Source: an uncultured virus (IMG/VR IMGVR_UViG_3300039039_000012) (Duplodnaviria; Heunggongvirae; Uroviricota; Caudoviricetes; Crassvirales). From it: DNA of 64,000 bases. Of this stretch, positions 41,796 through 51,625 are shown one piece after another. The notes beneath the pieces were generated by a model, which did no database searches, was not told the DNA's origin, and saw only the letters and a program-made list of their open reading frames with translations. Location: IMG/VR virus record IMGVR_UViG_3300039039_000012; one strand, given 5' to 3'. Both the position numbers and the translations under genes were made by a program. The stretch's first letter is position 1, and every line of letters begins with the position of its first letter.

Positions 41796-41858
41796 ATATT
41801 CTTTAAGTTTACTAAATTCTTAGTGTAGACTCCCCGTAGAGGATGGAATACATTCATG

Positions 41859-42386
41859 TTATTCATTATTATAATCAACATTACTAAGACTATAAGTTTC
41901 ATTATATTCTTTACCTTCTTCTCTTTGTTCCCAAAGTTTACCAGTTTCAGGGTCAACATAAAACTTAGGAGCATCTCCACAACTAACTATAGCATGAATT
42001 TTTCCTTCTTCATCAACAGGAAGAGTAATAGAACCACTATACTGAACTTGTTCACTACCTTCATAAATAATATTAAGTTGTCCTTTAATATATTTAAGAA
42101 GTGTTTCAGCAAGTTTATTTTGACCAAGTTGATATGCAGCCATTGCAGATTGGAACATATTCCAACAAGTAATAATATTTTTATTATTACCTTTACAAGT
42201 AGCAGAACAATCATTAAGCATATCAACTCCATATTGTGCCATAAGAACTAATAGTTTGTGATAAGTACAAACAAATTTACTTGGAACTGTCATATAAACA
42301 TATTGAGGAGTAATCTCAACTTGTTCAGTTCCACTAGCTTTTACATAGACACCATTAACATAATTATCATCTATTTGTTCACTCAT
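41859..42386 (-). CDS. Conserved crAss tail hub-type protein (175 aa)
   Basis: Synteny; Cys-containing helical domain. Confidence 0.45.
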   Translation of the reverse strand: MSEQIDDNYVNGVYVKASGTEQVEITPQYVYMTVPSKFVCTYHKLLVLMAQYGVDMLNDCSATCKGNNKNIITCWNMFQSAMAAYQLGQNKLAETLLKYIKGQLNIIYEGSEQVQYSGSITLPVDEEGKIHAIVSCGDAPKFYVDPETGKLWEQREEGKEYNETYSLSNVDYNNE

Positions 42387-42622
42387 TCTACCATCAAGTT
42401 ATTATATGAATTAATAATTGATTTTTGTTCTTCGTCAGAAAGCAATTCTAAGGCTTCTAGAGCTTGAATTAAAATTTGTCCTTGTGTTAACTTGCACCAA
42501 TTTTTTTCGTCCAATGGAAAGCCTAATTCTGCTATTCTCGCTTGTTTTTCAGCCATAGCTGCAATACGCAATTGCATCTCTTTAGATAGCTGTTTTGGAT
42601 TATTAATATAACCACCTATCAT
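42383..42622 (-). CDS. Hypothetical protein (79 aa)
   Basis: Stop overlaps the start of the next gene. Confidence 0.5.
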   Translation of the reverse strand: MIGGYINNPKQLSKEMQLRIAAMAEKQARIAELGFPLDEKNWCKLTQGQILIQALEALELLSDEEQKSIINSYNNLMVE

Positions 42623-42631
42623 AATATCATC

Positions 42632-43165
42632 TTATTTAAAAGCCTTATTAATAATATATGCAGTATAATCATTAACTCTAATATCAATACGTTTATTAAA
42701 TGCTAATATACGTTGATTAGAATCAAGATGTTTATTATATATTATATTAATAATATCACCATAAACATCTTCTTTCCATTCATCTTTCATATAATGACTA
42801 AGATAATCTTCATCTCCACGATACATATTTAATTTAGAATAAGCATCATAATAAACACTATTAACTAAGTGTCTAGCATTATATTCAATTTGGTCACGAT
42901 TAGCATCAACGTTATTTGTAATGATAGTAGAAGCAACAAACTTTGCACATTCAGAAGCAGCATTAACCATAGCAATAGATATGACAGCTTTAGATTTCTC
43001 TCTATCTTTATCTATAATATCTTTGGTAACTATATTAAGAAGTTTAGCAATATCAGCTAAAGGATCTTTCTTTTTACTATCTATTATCTTATTAACTATA
43101 AGATAAATTACAACAACAATGCCTGGAACAAGACCTTGTTCAAAAGCATTTTGTATTAACTCCAT
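42632..43165 (-). CDS. Membrane-anchored protein
   Basis: Likely start MELIQ; single N-terminal TM segment (GLVPGIVVVIYLIV). Confidence 0.55.
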   Translation of the reverse strand: MELIQNAFEQGLVPGIVVVIYLIVNKIIDSKKKDPLADIAKLLNIVTKDIIDKDREKSKAVISIAMVNAASECAKFVASTIITNNVDANRDQIEYNARHLVNSVYYDAYSKLNMYRGDEDYLSHYMKDEWKEDVYGDIINIIYNKHLDSNQRILAFNKRIDIRVNDYTAYIINKAFK

Positions 43166-43171
43166 CTTTAT

Positions 43172-43230
43172 AAAATAAAAAATAGGGACTATCAGTATTA
43201 ACAGTAATGCCAATACCAATAGCCCCTATT
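43172..43230 (-). terminator. Intrinsic terminator after the capsid operon
   Basis: AATAGGGACTA...TAGCCCCTATT stem followed by a T tract on the minus strand. Confidence 0.6.
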
Positions 43231-43276
43231 TGATTAATATTACCTAAATATTTACCTAATCAAGTCGGGTAACAGG

Positions 43277-44140
43277 TTATGCTTTTTCTTCAGTGGCAAT
43301 AGCTTTAAGGATAGTTTCAACAGTTGTAATAGCAGCAGCTCCAGTTGGGAATGCTATTTGTACAATCTGATGAACAACTTCATCTCTAGTTTTCATTTCA
43401 CGTGGAACAGCAAAACGAAGAGTAAAGATAGTATATCCAGCATCTGCACTATCAGGTTGTTTCAAAGGATTAAGCGGATATGTAGGATACAGTTCAGTAT
43501 AAGTATCTCGATAAGTATATTCGATACCAGCATCGGCAGCAGCTTTATTAGCCAAATCAGTAATATAAGCCGCATCTCCATATGCAGGAAAACCAGTAGC
43601 TGTAACTGTAACACTAATACCAACTAATTCATCAGCTCCAAGAATTTTATAATCAATACCTTTAGACTCAGCAGTTAAAGTAATTTTAGCATCAGCAACT
43701 GTTGCTTTAATACCATGACCAATAGTATTGTTATTAATCTGATTAGCTAATTTCTGCGCTACATCATTTGCAGTCGGATTAAGACCTGTATGAATAGTAG
43801 CTGTCCAGCGATTACGTTCATTGAACTTTAATCCTTTCTTCACAATCATTATAGAATAATCAGAATAAGCATTAACATCGCCAATAGTAAGATTAGCAGA
43901 GAAAGTAGTAGCAACCTGATAAACACCTTTAACAAAAGTAAGATGTTTCTTATAAGCAGGAAGAACTACAGGACCATTTGCTTCACGACCAAGATTAATG
44001 TAAAATTTGTCAGTAATCTTAGTACCGTCAGCGTCAATTGTTTCCTTGCCATTAGCAAGATAAGTAAAAGCAACCGCTCCAGCAGCAAGAGGTAAATTTG
44101 CTCCATAAGCGACATTGCCCGCTAACAAAAACTGTCGCAT
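43277..44140 (-). CDS. Auxiliary capsid-type structural protein (287 aa)
   Basis: Third conserved gene downstream of the MCP in crAss synteny; A/T/G-rich. Confidence 0.55.
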   Translation of the reverse strand: MRQFLLAGNVAYGANLPLAAGAVAFTYLANGKETIDADGTKITDKFYINLGREANGPVVLPAYKKHLTFVKGVYQVATTFSANLTIGDVNAYSDYSIMIVKKGLKFNERNRWTATIHTGLNPTANDVAQKLANQINNNTIGHGIKATVADAKITLTAESKGIDYKILGADELVGISVTVTATGFPAYGDAAYITDLANKAAADAGIEYTYRDTYTELYPTYPLNPLKQPDSADAGYTIFTLRFAVPREMKTRDEVVHQIVQIAFPTGAAAITTVETILKAIATEEKA

Positions 44141-44159
44141 AACTAATTTAATTTAGAGT

Positions 44160-44858
44160 TTAACTTTGTTTATCAGCTCCACTAGAAGTAGCACCAATAC
44201 TGGCAAGATAAATCTGTACTGCACGCATAACTATTTCACTATGTAAATATGGAGGTAAATCACAATTAACCCAATTACTTTCATTATCTTCATCAAATAG
44301 AACTTTAGCAGGTTCCTTAATATAAAGATATTTAACTAATTCAGGTTTAACTGTATTATTACGTCCAGTGTATATATTAGCTTCAATAGCAGATTCATCT
44401 CCAAATACAGTAACTATCGGAGCATCTTTCGCAGCACGATTACAAAAATCTCTTAGCGTCTGACCTAAATCTTCAGCCTCAATAATTCTGCAATCATAAA
44501 TTGTCTTATTATTATAACTAACTTGAAAGCCTGTATATAGCATAATACCGTCGCTAGGAATAGTAATTTTATAAGGGTCAACTTCTGTTCCATTACCTGT
44601 AATTTGTCCGCCGTTAACAGTACCCGCTGTATATAAAGTTCTAAGAGCATTTACAGGACTAATAGAAGCATTTTGTCGAGCAACCTTATCATTATAAGGA
44701 ACTGGTCCAACGTTTTCTACTATCACATTTCTAGCTTTCTCAATTATAGCAGTATTAAGACAAATATCTATATCTTCCATGAGAATAGCACGGACGGTCT
44801 GCATACCCATCTGCTGTGCTAGTTCTCTGAACGTCACGTGCATCTCCCCAATGTTCAT
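44160..44858 (-). CDS. Neck/ring protein
   Basis: MHVTFRELAQQMGMQ start; CDLPPYLHSEIVMRAV ring-protein motif. Confidence 0.6.
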   Translation of the reverse strand: MNIGEMHVTFRELAQQMGMQTVRAILMEDIDICLNTAIIEKARNVIVENVGPVPYNDKVARQNASISPVNALRTLYTAGTVNGGQITGNGTEVDPYKITIPSDGIMLYTGFQVSYNNKTIYDCRIIEAEDLGQTLRDFCNRAAKDAPIVTVFGDESAIEANIYTGRNNTVKPELVKYLYIKEPAKVLFDEDNESNWVNCDLPPYLHSEIVMRAVQIYLASIGATSSGADKQS

Positions 44859-44860
44859 AA

Positions 44861-46018
44861 TCAAATGTTTTTAAGTTTGTTTTTATAAGCACTAACAAGA
44901 GCACTATTAGCAGGATTCTTAAACCATACAACAGCTTCCTTAACATTAGCACCGATAAATTCACCATCAGGAGTAGTAATATTCTGATTATGAATTGCTC
45001 TGATAAATTCTCCACGAGAAACAAGAACCTCAATTAAAGACTTAATAGTAATATCTTTATCATTACAAAGTTTATTAAACTTAACAGGTTCGTTTGTACT
45101 AAATTTATCAAGATGCGATTGCTTATCAACCATATCCATAGACATGCCATTAGGAATATTAATATTGTTAGCAACACAGTATTGAATAAATACAGCATCA
45201 AACAAATCACTATTCGTGAGAAGTTTAACGTAGTTACTCTTAGCAGCATTAATTTCCTGACGATGTTTAGCAAGACGCTCAGCTTCTCTTTGGTCATCTT
45301 TAAAATAGAATCTAATAGATGGATCAGAATTAATAAGAGCAATATCTTTAGCTACATCTTTATACAATAAACAATGGCGATAAATTAGATAATCATCAAG
45401 AACAACAGGATAACCATATTTATATTTTTCACTTTCAAGAAGATTAAGTTTAGTAATCTTAGACTCAAGAGCTTCTCGAAGTTCTTTAACTCCTTTACGG
45501 TCACTATTTAAATAGGCAGTTTCAATAGCTTCTTCTTCAGCTCTAAAACGAAGATAATCTCGTTTACGATTCCAAAAGAAAGAAATATCAAAAGTCTTAC
45601 CTAATTCATCAACAGCAACACTAATGTTATTAAGATAAGCCTTAACCCTTGAAATAAAGTTTTCGTTATTAGGAGCAAGACCAATCAAAGCAGGAAAATA
45701 AGATTCAATCTCGCCTTTATTAGAAGAAAGAGTACGAGAACTACGAACACAACTACCAATTTTATCCATTCGTTTAGGTAATGTTTTATCATTAGCTCTA
45801 CGATATAATGAATAATTAGTAACTAAATTAATAGTAATAGTTCGTTTTTCAGTATAAGGTTCATCAAGACTTTCATCTCTAAATCCTACTGTATTGTTAG
45901 GTCTATTATCATCTCCATCCTCTACGGGGGGTATAACCTGTTTAACTGTATTTTCATTAGAAGCAGCAGGAGCATTTTCTCCTGCTTTATTAGCTTCGCC
46001 TACTTTATTAAAATCCAT
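44861..46018 (-). CDS. Conserved crAss head-module protein (385 aa)
   Basis: Directly downstream of the MCP; IGANVKEAVVWF C-terminal motif. Confidence 0.55.
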   Translation of the reverse strand: MDFNKVGEANKAGENAPAASNENTVKQVIPPVEDGDDNRPNNTVGFRDESLDEPYTEKRTITINLVTNYSLYRRANDKTLPKRMDKIGSCVRSSRTLSSNKGEIESYFPALIGLAPNNENFISRVKAYLNNISVAVDELGKTFDISFFWNRKRDYLRFRAEEEAIETAYLNSDRKGVKELREALESKITKLNLLESEKYKYGYPVVLDDYLIYRHCLLYKDVAKDIALINSDPSIRFYFKDDQREAERLAKHRQEINAAKSNYVKLLTNSDLFDAVFIQYCVANNINIPNGMSMDMVDKQSHLDKFSTNEPVKFNKLCNDKDITIKSLIEVLVSRGEFIRAIHNQNITTPDGEFIGANVKEAVVWFKNPANSALVSAYKNKLKNI

Positions 46019-46043
46019 ATCTTAAATAGTTTCTTTTAAATGA

Positions 46044-47516
46044 TTATAATACACATTTTAACAAGAACATCTTAGTAGTATTATCTACTTGCAAACCAAT
46101 AGAACCTTTAACTTCATAACGAGCCATATCAATTTCGGTAGCTGCATGATTAGTATTAGGCAATCCCCAGCAAGCAGGAATATCGGTCATACCTTCAATA
46201 ACTTTAGCTTTATAAGCCTGTCCTTTTTGACGTACAATACGAACATTCTGATTACCTTTATAATTACTCATATCAATTAAAGCAGCTTGATGAGAAGTAA
46301 TAGGCAAACCAGTAGTAGGATGAATCATACCATTTTGCTTAGCAGCTTCAGCATCAGTACCCTTATCGAAATAAGCATTATGTACAACTGTAATGATATA
46401 ACCATCTGGAGTTTTATACTTATTAAAGTAACGTCCATAAGAAAGACCTTCTCCATTATCTTGAATCATCTTTTCACCAAGAGGAGTGATAAATCCGTTT
46501 TCTTTAGCATCAGTTCTAATAGCCATTTCAAAGTCACGAATAAATCCTTTACCACCCATAAGAACAACTTTCTTATCACCATCTTGAGTATCACGGTCAA
46601 GAACATCACCAATTGTACGTTCAAGTTTATTAAGTGTTAGAACTTCACCATAAGTATCATAGTTAGATTCACGACAAATTTCTAACATACCAGCAGTACG
46701 ATAAATAGGTTTACCATTATCATGGTCTTTCAAAGGAATTGTACCATCAGGTAAACGATTATATTCAGCTTTCCACAACCGCTCTTCGTTCATTACTCTC
46801 ATGTGCAAGTTGAACTGGCGCATTTCTTCGTTAATCCAAAGATTAGAAGTACCGCCATTATCATTTTGGAATTGATATTGAGTAATAACATTAGCAAGAT
46901 TACCAGCTATTTCTTTAGAGTAACGATAAAACTCAAGTTGAGAAGTCATACCAGCAGGGCCCATAGTATTACTTCTGTTACCTTTAGAATAAGATTCAGA
47001 AACAGTAGGAGCACTTATAGCCCAATACATACCTTTAGTCAACCATTGAGGGTCAACATAAGCATCAGGATTAGGAGAAGTAAGTTTCAAAAGATAACCA
47101 TAACCATAAGCAGATTCTCCTAAATCTTTCTGAATACGAACTTGAGTAATACCATCAGGAGCAGTAAGACCATGTTGTTCAATAAACCAGTGAGTAGAGA
47201 AATGAACTTCAAATTCAGAACCATTAAGACCAGGTTTAGTAACAGCAGTATTAAAATAAGTTACAAAGTCAGTAAACTTCATACGACCCATAGTCTTCCA
47301 AGTCCACTGTACAGTAGCAATATCTTTAATACCTCGGCTACCTTGCCCTTCAGTAATAAAACTTAAAGGAAAACGGTCGCTATCCATACCATAATTATAA
47401 GTCAGAAAACTATTAATTTCTTCCGGCTTCTGTAATTGAAGATAAGCAATTGATTCTTCATTAGAATAACCTCTATCTTCATAACGAGTTTGTCCAATAA
47501 CACGTAATGTTTTCAT
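46044..47516 (-). CDS. Major capsid protein (490 aa)
   Basis: DRGYSNEE...YGMDSDRFPLSFITEGQG resembles the crAssphage MCP; position in the terminase-portal-scaffold-MCP order. Confidence 0.85.
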   Translation of the reverse strand: MKTLRVIGQTRYEDRGYSNEESIAYLQLQKPEEINSFLTYNYGMDSDRFPLSFITEGQGSRGIKDIATVQWTWKTMGRMKFTDFVTYFNTAVTKPGLNGSEFEVHFSTHWFIEQHGLTAPDGITQVRIQKDLGESAYGYGYLLKLTSPNPDAYVDPQWLTKGMYWAISAPTVSESYSKGNRSNTMGPAGMTSQLEFYRYSKEIAGNLANVITQYQFQNDNGGTSNLWINEEMRQFNLHMRVMNEERLWKAEYNRLPDGTIPLKDHDNGKPIYRTAGMLEICRESNYDTYGEVLTLNKLERTIGDVLDRDTQDGDKKVVLMGGKGFIRDFEMAIRTDAKENGFITPLGEKMIQDNGEGLSYGRYFNKYKTPDGYIITVVHNAYFDKGTDAEAAKQNGMIHPTTGLPITSHQAALIDMSNYKGNQNVRIVRQKGQAYKAKVIEGMTDIPACWGLPNTNHAATEIDMARYEVKGSIGLQVDNTTKMFLLKCVL

Positions 47517-47535
47517 CTACAAATTTACTATTAAA

Positions 47536-48852
47536 TTAATAACCAAAACGTTCATCTTTTAGAACGTCATTTTTACTATCAGGTTTAGTTATTTTAATAG
47601 CTCCTCTTGTAGATTTACGTTGACTTGCAGTAAGTTTCAACTTTTTAGCTTCTTTATCAGAAACAGCCATTTCTATCAAACTATCATAACCTTTACCTGT
47701 ATATTTAAGCCAAGCTTTAAGCAGTTCTTCATCGCGTCTTTCAGCAGGAGATAACTTCATTAAATCATTTTCATAACGAGAAAGTCCTTTATCATCAACT
47801 TGATAAACATAATTAAAGAAATCTTCTGGAGTTGTAGAAATTTGTTTTCCATTACGTTCAATAATAACAGTTTCAGGAATACGATAACCGGCAATTTGTC
47901 GTTTATCAATACATTCTTTAACACCATTCCAAAATTCTACAAGTTGTTTTTCTTCTTCTGCTTTAACTCGTAAAGCCTCTTTAGCATTAGCTTCACGTAC
48001 ATCGTTATCAGCTTTCTGAAGAGCTTCAAGTTCTTCTTTAGCAACATTGAAAAGTTCATTACTATCTTTCAAATATTGAATATACTTATCAACATTACCA
48101 CGACGATTAAATTCCTTAAACGCTTCACGAACAATAGCTTCTTGTTGGCTCACATTATTTTCATCGACTTCAATACCGCTTCTATCTCTAAGTTCACCAA
48201 AGCCTTCAAATGAATTACCATTTGCAACATAATAATTAAGAAAATCACTAACAACAGGATAATCTTCAAATAATTTATTAACTCCAGCTTTAGCAAATTC
48301 ATCACGTTTTAAATCAAGAACGGATTGAACATAACTTGCAACTCCTTGAGGAGTATTATCAAAAGTAACTGGTTTGCCATCTTCTGAAGTAACAGAAATA
48401 CCTACAAGTTCTTGAATTGATTTAACATCAATTTTATCTTCATTACTAGTATCTTCTACTTCAAATTCTTTAAGATAAGCAGCAACTTCATTTTTAGCTT
48501 TAAAGATATTACCTTTATCGTCAATAAGATTACCGTCTTTATCAACAGTATATTTATTATCTCCATCTTCAATAATAGTACCTTCTTCTAAATCATGCTC
48601 ATTAGCAGTAGCATCATCAGGATTTTTAGTATCCTTGGTTTGACCCCCCGTAGAGGATGAAGTTTGTTTATCTTTATTAGCATCACCATTATTGCCATCT
48701 CCATTACCATTTCCGGTAATATCATCAACAGCATTACCATTAGCATCTAACTGTCCTGTTTTACCTGTATCAAGGTCAGTAACGTCGTCAGTAGGTTTTA
48801 CATCAACATTAGATGTTTCACCGTTAAAACCAAAACTATCAAAACTAGGCAT
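47536..48852 (-). CDS. Acidic scaffold-like head assembly protein (438 aa)
   Basis: D/E-rich disordered N terminus; lies between portal and MCP. Confidence 0.6.
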   Translation of the reverse strand: MPSFDSFGFNGETSNVDVKPTDDVTDLDTGKTGQLDANGNAVDDITGNGNGDGNNGDANKDKQTSSSTGGQTKDTKNPDDATANEHDLEEGTIIEDGDNKYTVDKDGNLIDDKGNIFKAKNEVAAYLKEFEVEDTSNEDKIDVKSIQELVGISVTSEDGKPVTFDNTPQGVASYVQSVLDLKRDEFAKAGVNKLFEDYPVVSDFLNYYVANGNSFEGFGELRDRSGIEVDENNVSQQEAIVREAFKEFNRRGNVDKYIQYLKDSNELFNVAKEELEALQKADNDVREANAKEALRVKAEEEKQLVEFWNGVKECIDKRQIAGYRIPETVIIERNGKQISTTPEDFFNYVYQVDDKGLSRYENDLMKLSPAERRDEELLKAWLKYTGKGYDSLIEMAVSDKEAKKLKLTASQRKSTRGAIKITKPDSKNDVLKDERFGY

Positions 48853-48883
48853 AATTCTTTATTTTTAATTAATTACTATATCA

Positions 48884-48891
48884 CAAATATA
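48884..48891 (-). promoter_or_regulatory. Bacteroidota-type -7 promoter element TATATTTG for the capsid operon
   Basis: TAnnTTTG about 32 bp upstream of the scaffold start. Confidence 0.55.
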
Positions 48892-49114
48892 AATCTTATT
48901 AATAATATGAGTTTTACTTATATTGTTAAAATGTGTTCACCATTAAGATGATTTCTAATGTATTTTACTATTGCTAATCGTACCTATTTAGGTCTAATAA
49001 ATACTGCTGTCGCTTTCAGACAAGCCCTACAATAATCAAATTTTATTGAGATGATTAATCTATCACGGAATAGATAAAATGCTTAGAATGAGCTAGAAAT
49101 CGTTTATATGATGT

Positions 49115-49168
49115 AAATAAAAAAGAAAATGGGCTGAACCTACTTTCACAAGCAAGTCCAGCCCTATT
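49115..49168 (-). terminator. Probable intrinsic terminator after portal
   Basis: GGGCTG/CAGCCC stem followed by a T-rich tract on the minus strand. Confidence 0.5.
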
Positions 49169-49195
49169 ATGAACAAAATTTAGAATTACAGTCAA

Positions 49196-51607
49196 CTATT
49201 TACCTTTAACATCATAACGATTTTTATTCGTCTTTGCAATCTTTACTTTATCATTACTTTCTTTGACTTTTACAGCTAATTCTTTTTCTTTAAGACTAGC
49301 TTCAACAGCAGTCTTTTGAGCATCTAATCCAAGTTTAGTACGTTCAATATTAAGTCTAGCATTTTCCATACGTTCTTCGGCTTGATTCTTTTCAGATTCA
49401 CTAAGACCATTATCAAAACTCATGATATTAGCGTTAGCTTTCATAGCTTCTATTTGTCCATCAAGATACTTTTCAATTCTAATAGTTTCTCTATCTTGTT
49501 CAGCTTTTCTATCAATTTTAGCAAGTTCAAATTGTTGACGAAGTTGTTCTGTTTGTTGAGAAACACGTTCAATATCGAGCTCATGCTCTCTTTGAATATT
49601 TTGATATTTATCAATAAGTTTACTAATTTGAGCAACATTATCTCCACGTATAGCAGCATTAGCCATATCCATATTACCGTTTTGAGCAGCACTAAATGCA
49701 AATTGTTTATATTGTTCAAGTTTCTCACGTTCTTTAACAGAAGTTTTACAAGTAACAATATAATTAGCAAAAATATGATTATTAACATCAAGATTTAAAT
49801 ATCTAATATCACCATCTTTAGTTTTATAAGAAGTATTAAGACCATCAATCCAAGCAAGTTTAGTATAATCCATTTCAGCTTGATAATCTCGTTCTCTCAT
49901 TTTATCAAATATAAATTCGATAATAACAGAACCCATACTTCCACGAATAACAGCTTCATCTGTTACTCCTTTACCAGCACTATTAGCAATCTCTCCATAA
50001 CGTTGAGGAGTCATATCGCATTCCATCTTAGCAGTCTGTTCAATCTCTTGAATAAGTTGTCCAAGTTCAGTAATATAATTATTCATACGACTTTCAAGAT
50101 ATCGAACATTTTGTGCTTTAACAATACTAGAATCATCTTCATCATCAATGTAAAGAACTCCATCAGCTGCCATACGATATATGGTATCAGCAGGTTTCTT
50201 ACCAAGAAGAGATTTAGCAATCATAAGTACATTCATCTTATTTTTAGCAATTGCCATTTCTCTATGATAAGCAACTATATTACGAAATACTTGATAAGGA
50301 AGAACTGTATCTACAATACTAAATCTTCCAAAACCTGGAAGAAGTTCTGCAATACCATTATAAGGAAGTTTGCCATTTCTATTATAAGCAATAGGACGAG
50401 CCTTATAAGGATATATGCTTGTAGCACGAGAACCAATCCTAACGCTTTCATAGACTTGAGGTCGCCACACCCATTCAATACTAATATCACCACCAGCAGG
50501 GTTAAGCTGATAAGTTTCATCAACAATTCTTGTTGTAACAAATGCTCCATCATTATAAGTAAGTATTCCTTCTTTTATTTCACCTCTCCAAACAGCATGC
50601 CATACTTCAAATAGACCGTTATTTGCATCACGAGCCATTATATTAGTATTCTTAATATGTTGTAAATCGTCTTTATTAAATTTAGCACATACATCACCAA
50701 AGTAGTGCATATATTTATCCCAATTTAGAAGAGCTTTATCGCTAGAACTAGTAGTGCTATATTGATAATAAGTATCAAGTGCTTCTCGTTCCTTTTCAGA
50801 AAGATATTCATAAAACTCATCTATAATTTGTTGTCTAGTAAGCATACGACGCTCAGCAAACATATCATAATCCTCAGCAAACATACTATCATTATGAACT
50901 GGAAAAGCATCTCTAACACTAACAACTCGTTTAATTAATTGACTTCCTACAACATCTCTATAAGTATAACAAGCTCCAAAAGTAACAAATTCAAAATAAG
51001 CTCTAGCATATATAGTAAATGCATCAGTAAGGTCATCAATAACATTAATTAAATCTTGACCTTGTGCACTTATATCATCAATAAAGTTTTCATTAAATTC
51101 TTTAATAAAAGCCTCAATATCTATAGCTTGTTCAGCATTAAATTCCTCAGGATTATTACCTTCATTAACAAACTGTATATAACTTTCTTGTATTCTTTTA
51201 GCTACAGCTTGTTCAGCAAGTAACATAATTTGTCTACCAAGTTCTGCATCTCTAGCAAATACAACTTCAGGATTATTAGCACCAACAATAAAATCATGTG
51301 GATTCTTAATATATTCACCAATATATCTACGAATAATGCCTTTCATCATATCGTAATTGCGCATAGTAGCAGGAAAACGAGTTAGATTTTCATCTTTCTC
51401 ATTATAAGGATTAAGAGTTTTCTTATAATATATTCTTGGAATATTACCAAGAAGAATATTAAATTTCTCTTCTACATCAAAATCTGCTTTACAAGCAATA
51501 CCAGCTTCTATAACATAATCACAGCATTTAGCATACCATTCAACTTTTTGTTTTTCAGTATAGCTAACATGTTGATTAGGAAAATCAACTCTACCAAAAT
51601 TATACAT
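49196..51607 (-). CDS. Portal protein (803 aa)
   Basis: Follows the terminase; size, MTPQRYGEI motif and C-terminal coiled coil typical of crAss portals. Confidence 0.85.
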   Translation of the reverse strand: MYNFGRVDFPNQHVSYTEKQKVEWYAKCCDYVIEAGIACKADFDVEEKFNILLGNIPRIYYKKTLNPYNEKDENLTRFPATMRNYDMMKGIIRRYIGEYIKNPHDFIVGANNPEVVFARDAELGRQIMLLAEQAVAKRIQESYIQFVNEGNNPEEFNAEQAIDIEAFIKEFNENFIDDISAQGQDLINVIDDLTDAFTIYARAYFEFVTFGACYTYRDVVGSQLIKRVVSVRDAFPVHNDSMFAEDYDMFAERRMLTRQQIIDEFYEYLSEKEREALDTYYQYSTTSSSDKALLNWDKYMHYFGDVCAKFNKDDLQHIKNTNIMARDANNGLFEVWHAVWRGEIKEGILTYNDGAFVTTRIVDETYQLNPAGGDISIEWVWRPQVYESVRIGSRATSIYPYKARPIAYNRNGKLPYNGIAELLPGFGRFSIVDTVLPYQVFRNIVAYHREMAIAKNKMNVLMIAKSLLGKKPADTIYRMAADGVLYIDDEDDSSIVKAQNVRYLESRMNNYITELGQLIQEIEQTAKMECDMTPQRYGEIANSAGKGVTDEAVIRGSMGSVIIEFIFDKMRERDYQAEMDYTKLAWIDGLNTSYKTKDGDIRYLNLDVNNHIFANYIVTCKTSVKEREKLEQYKQFAFSAAQNGNMDMANAAIRGDNVAQISKLIDKYQNIQREHELDIERVSQQTEQLRQQFELAKIDRKAEQDRETIRIEKYLDGQIEAMKANANIMSFDNGLSESEKNQAEERMENARLNIERTKLGLDAQKTAVEASLKEKELAVKVKESNDKVKIAKTNKNRYDVKGK

Positions 51608-51625
51608 ATATTTACTTATTTAATT

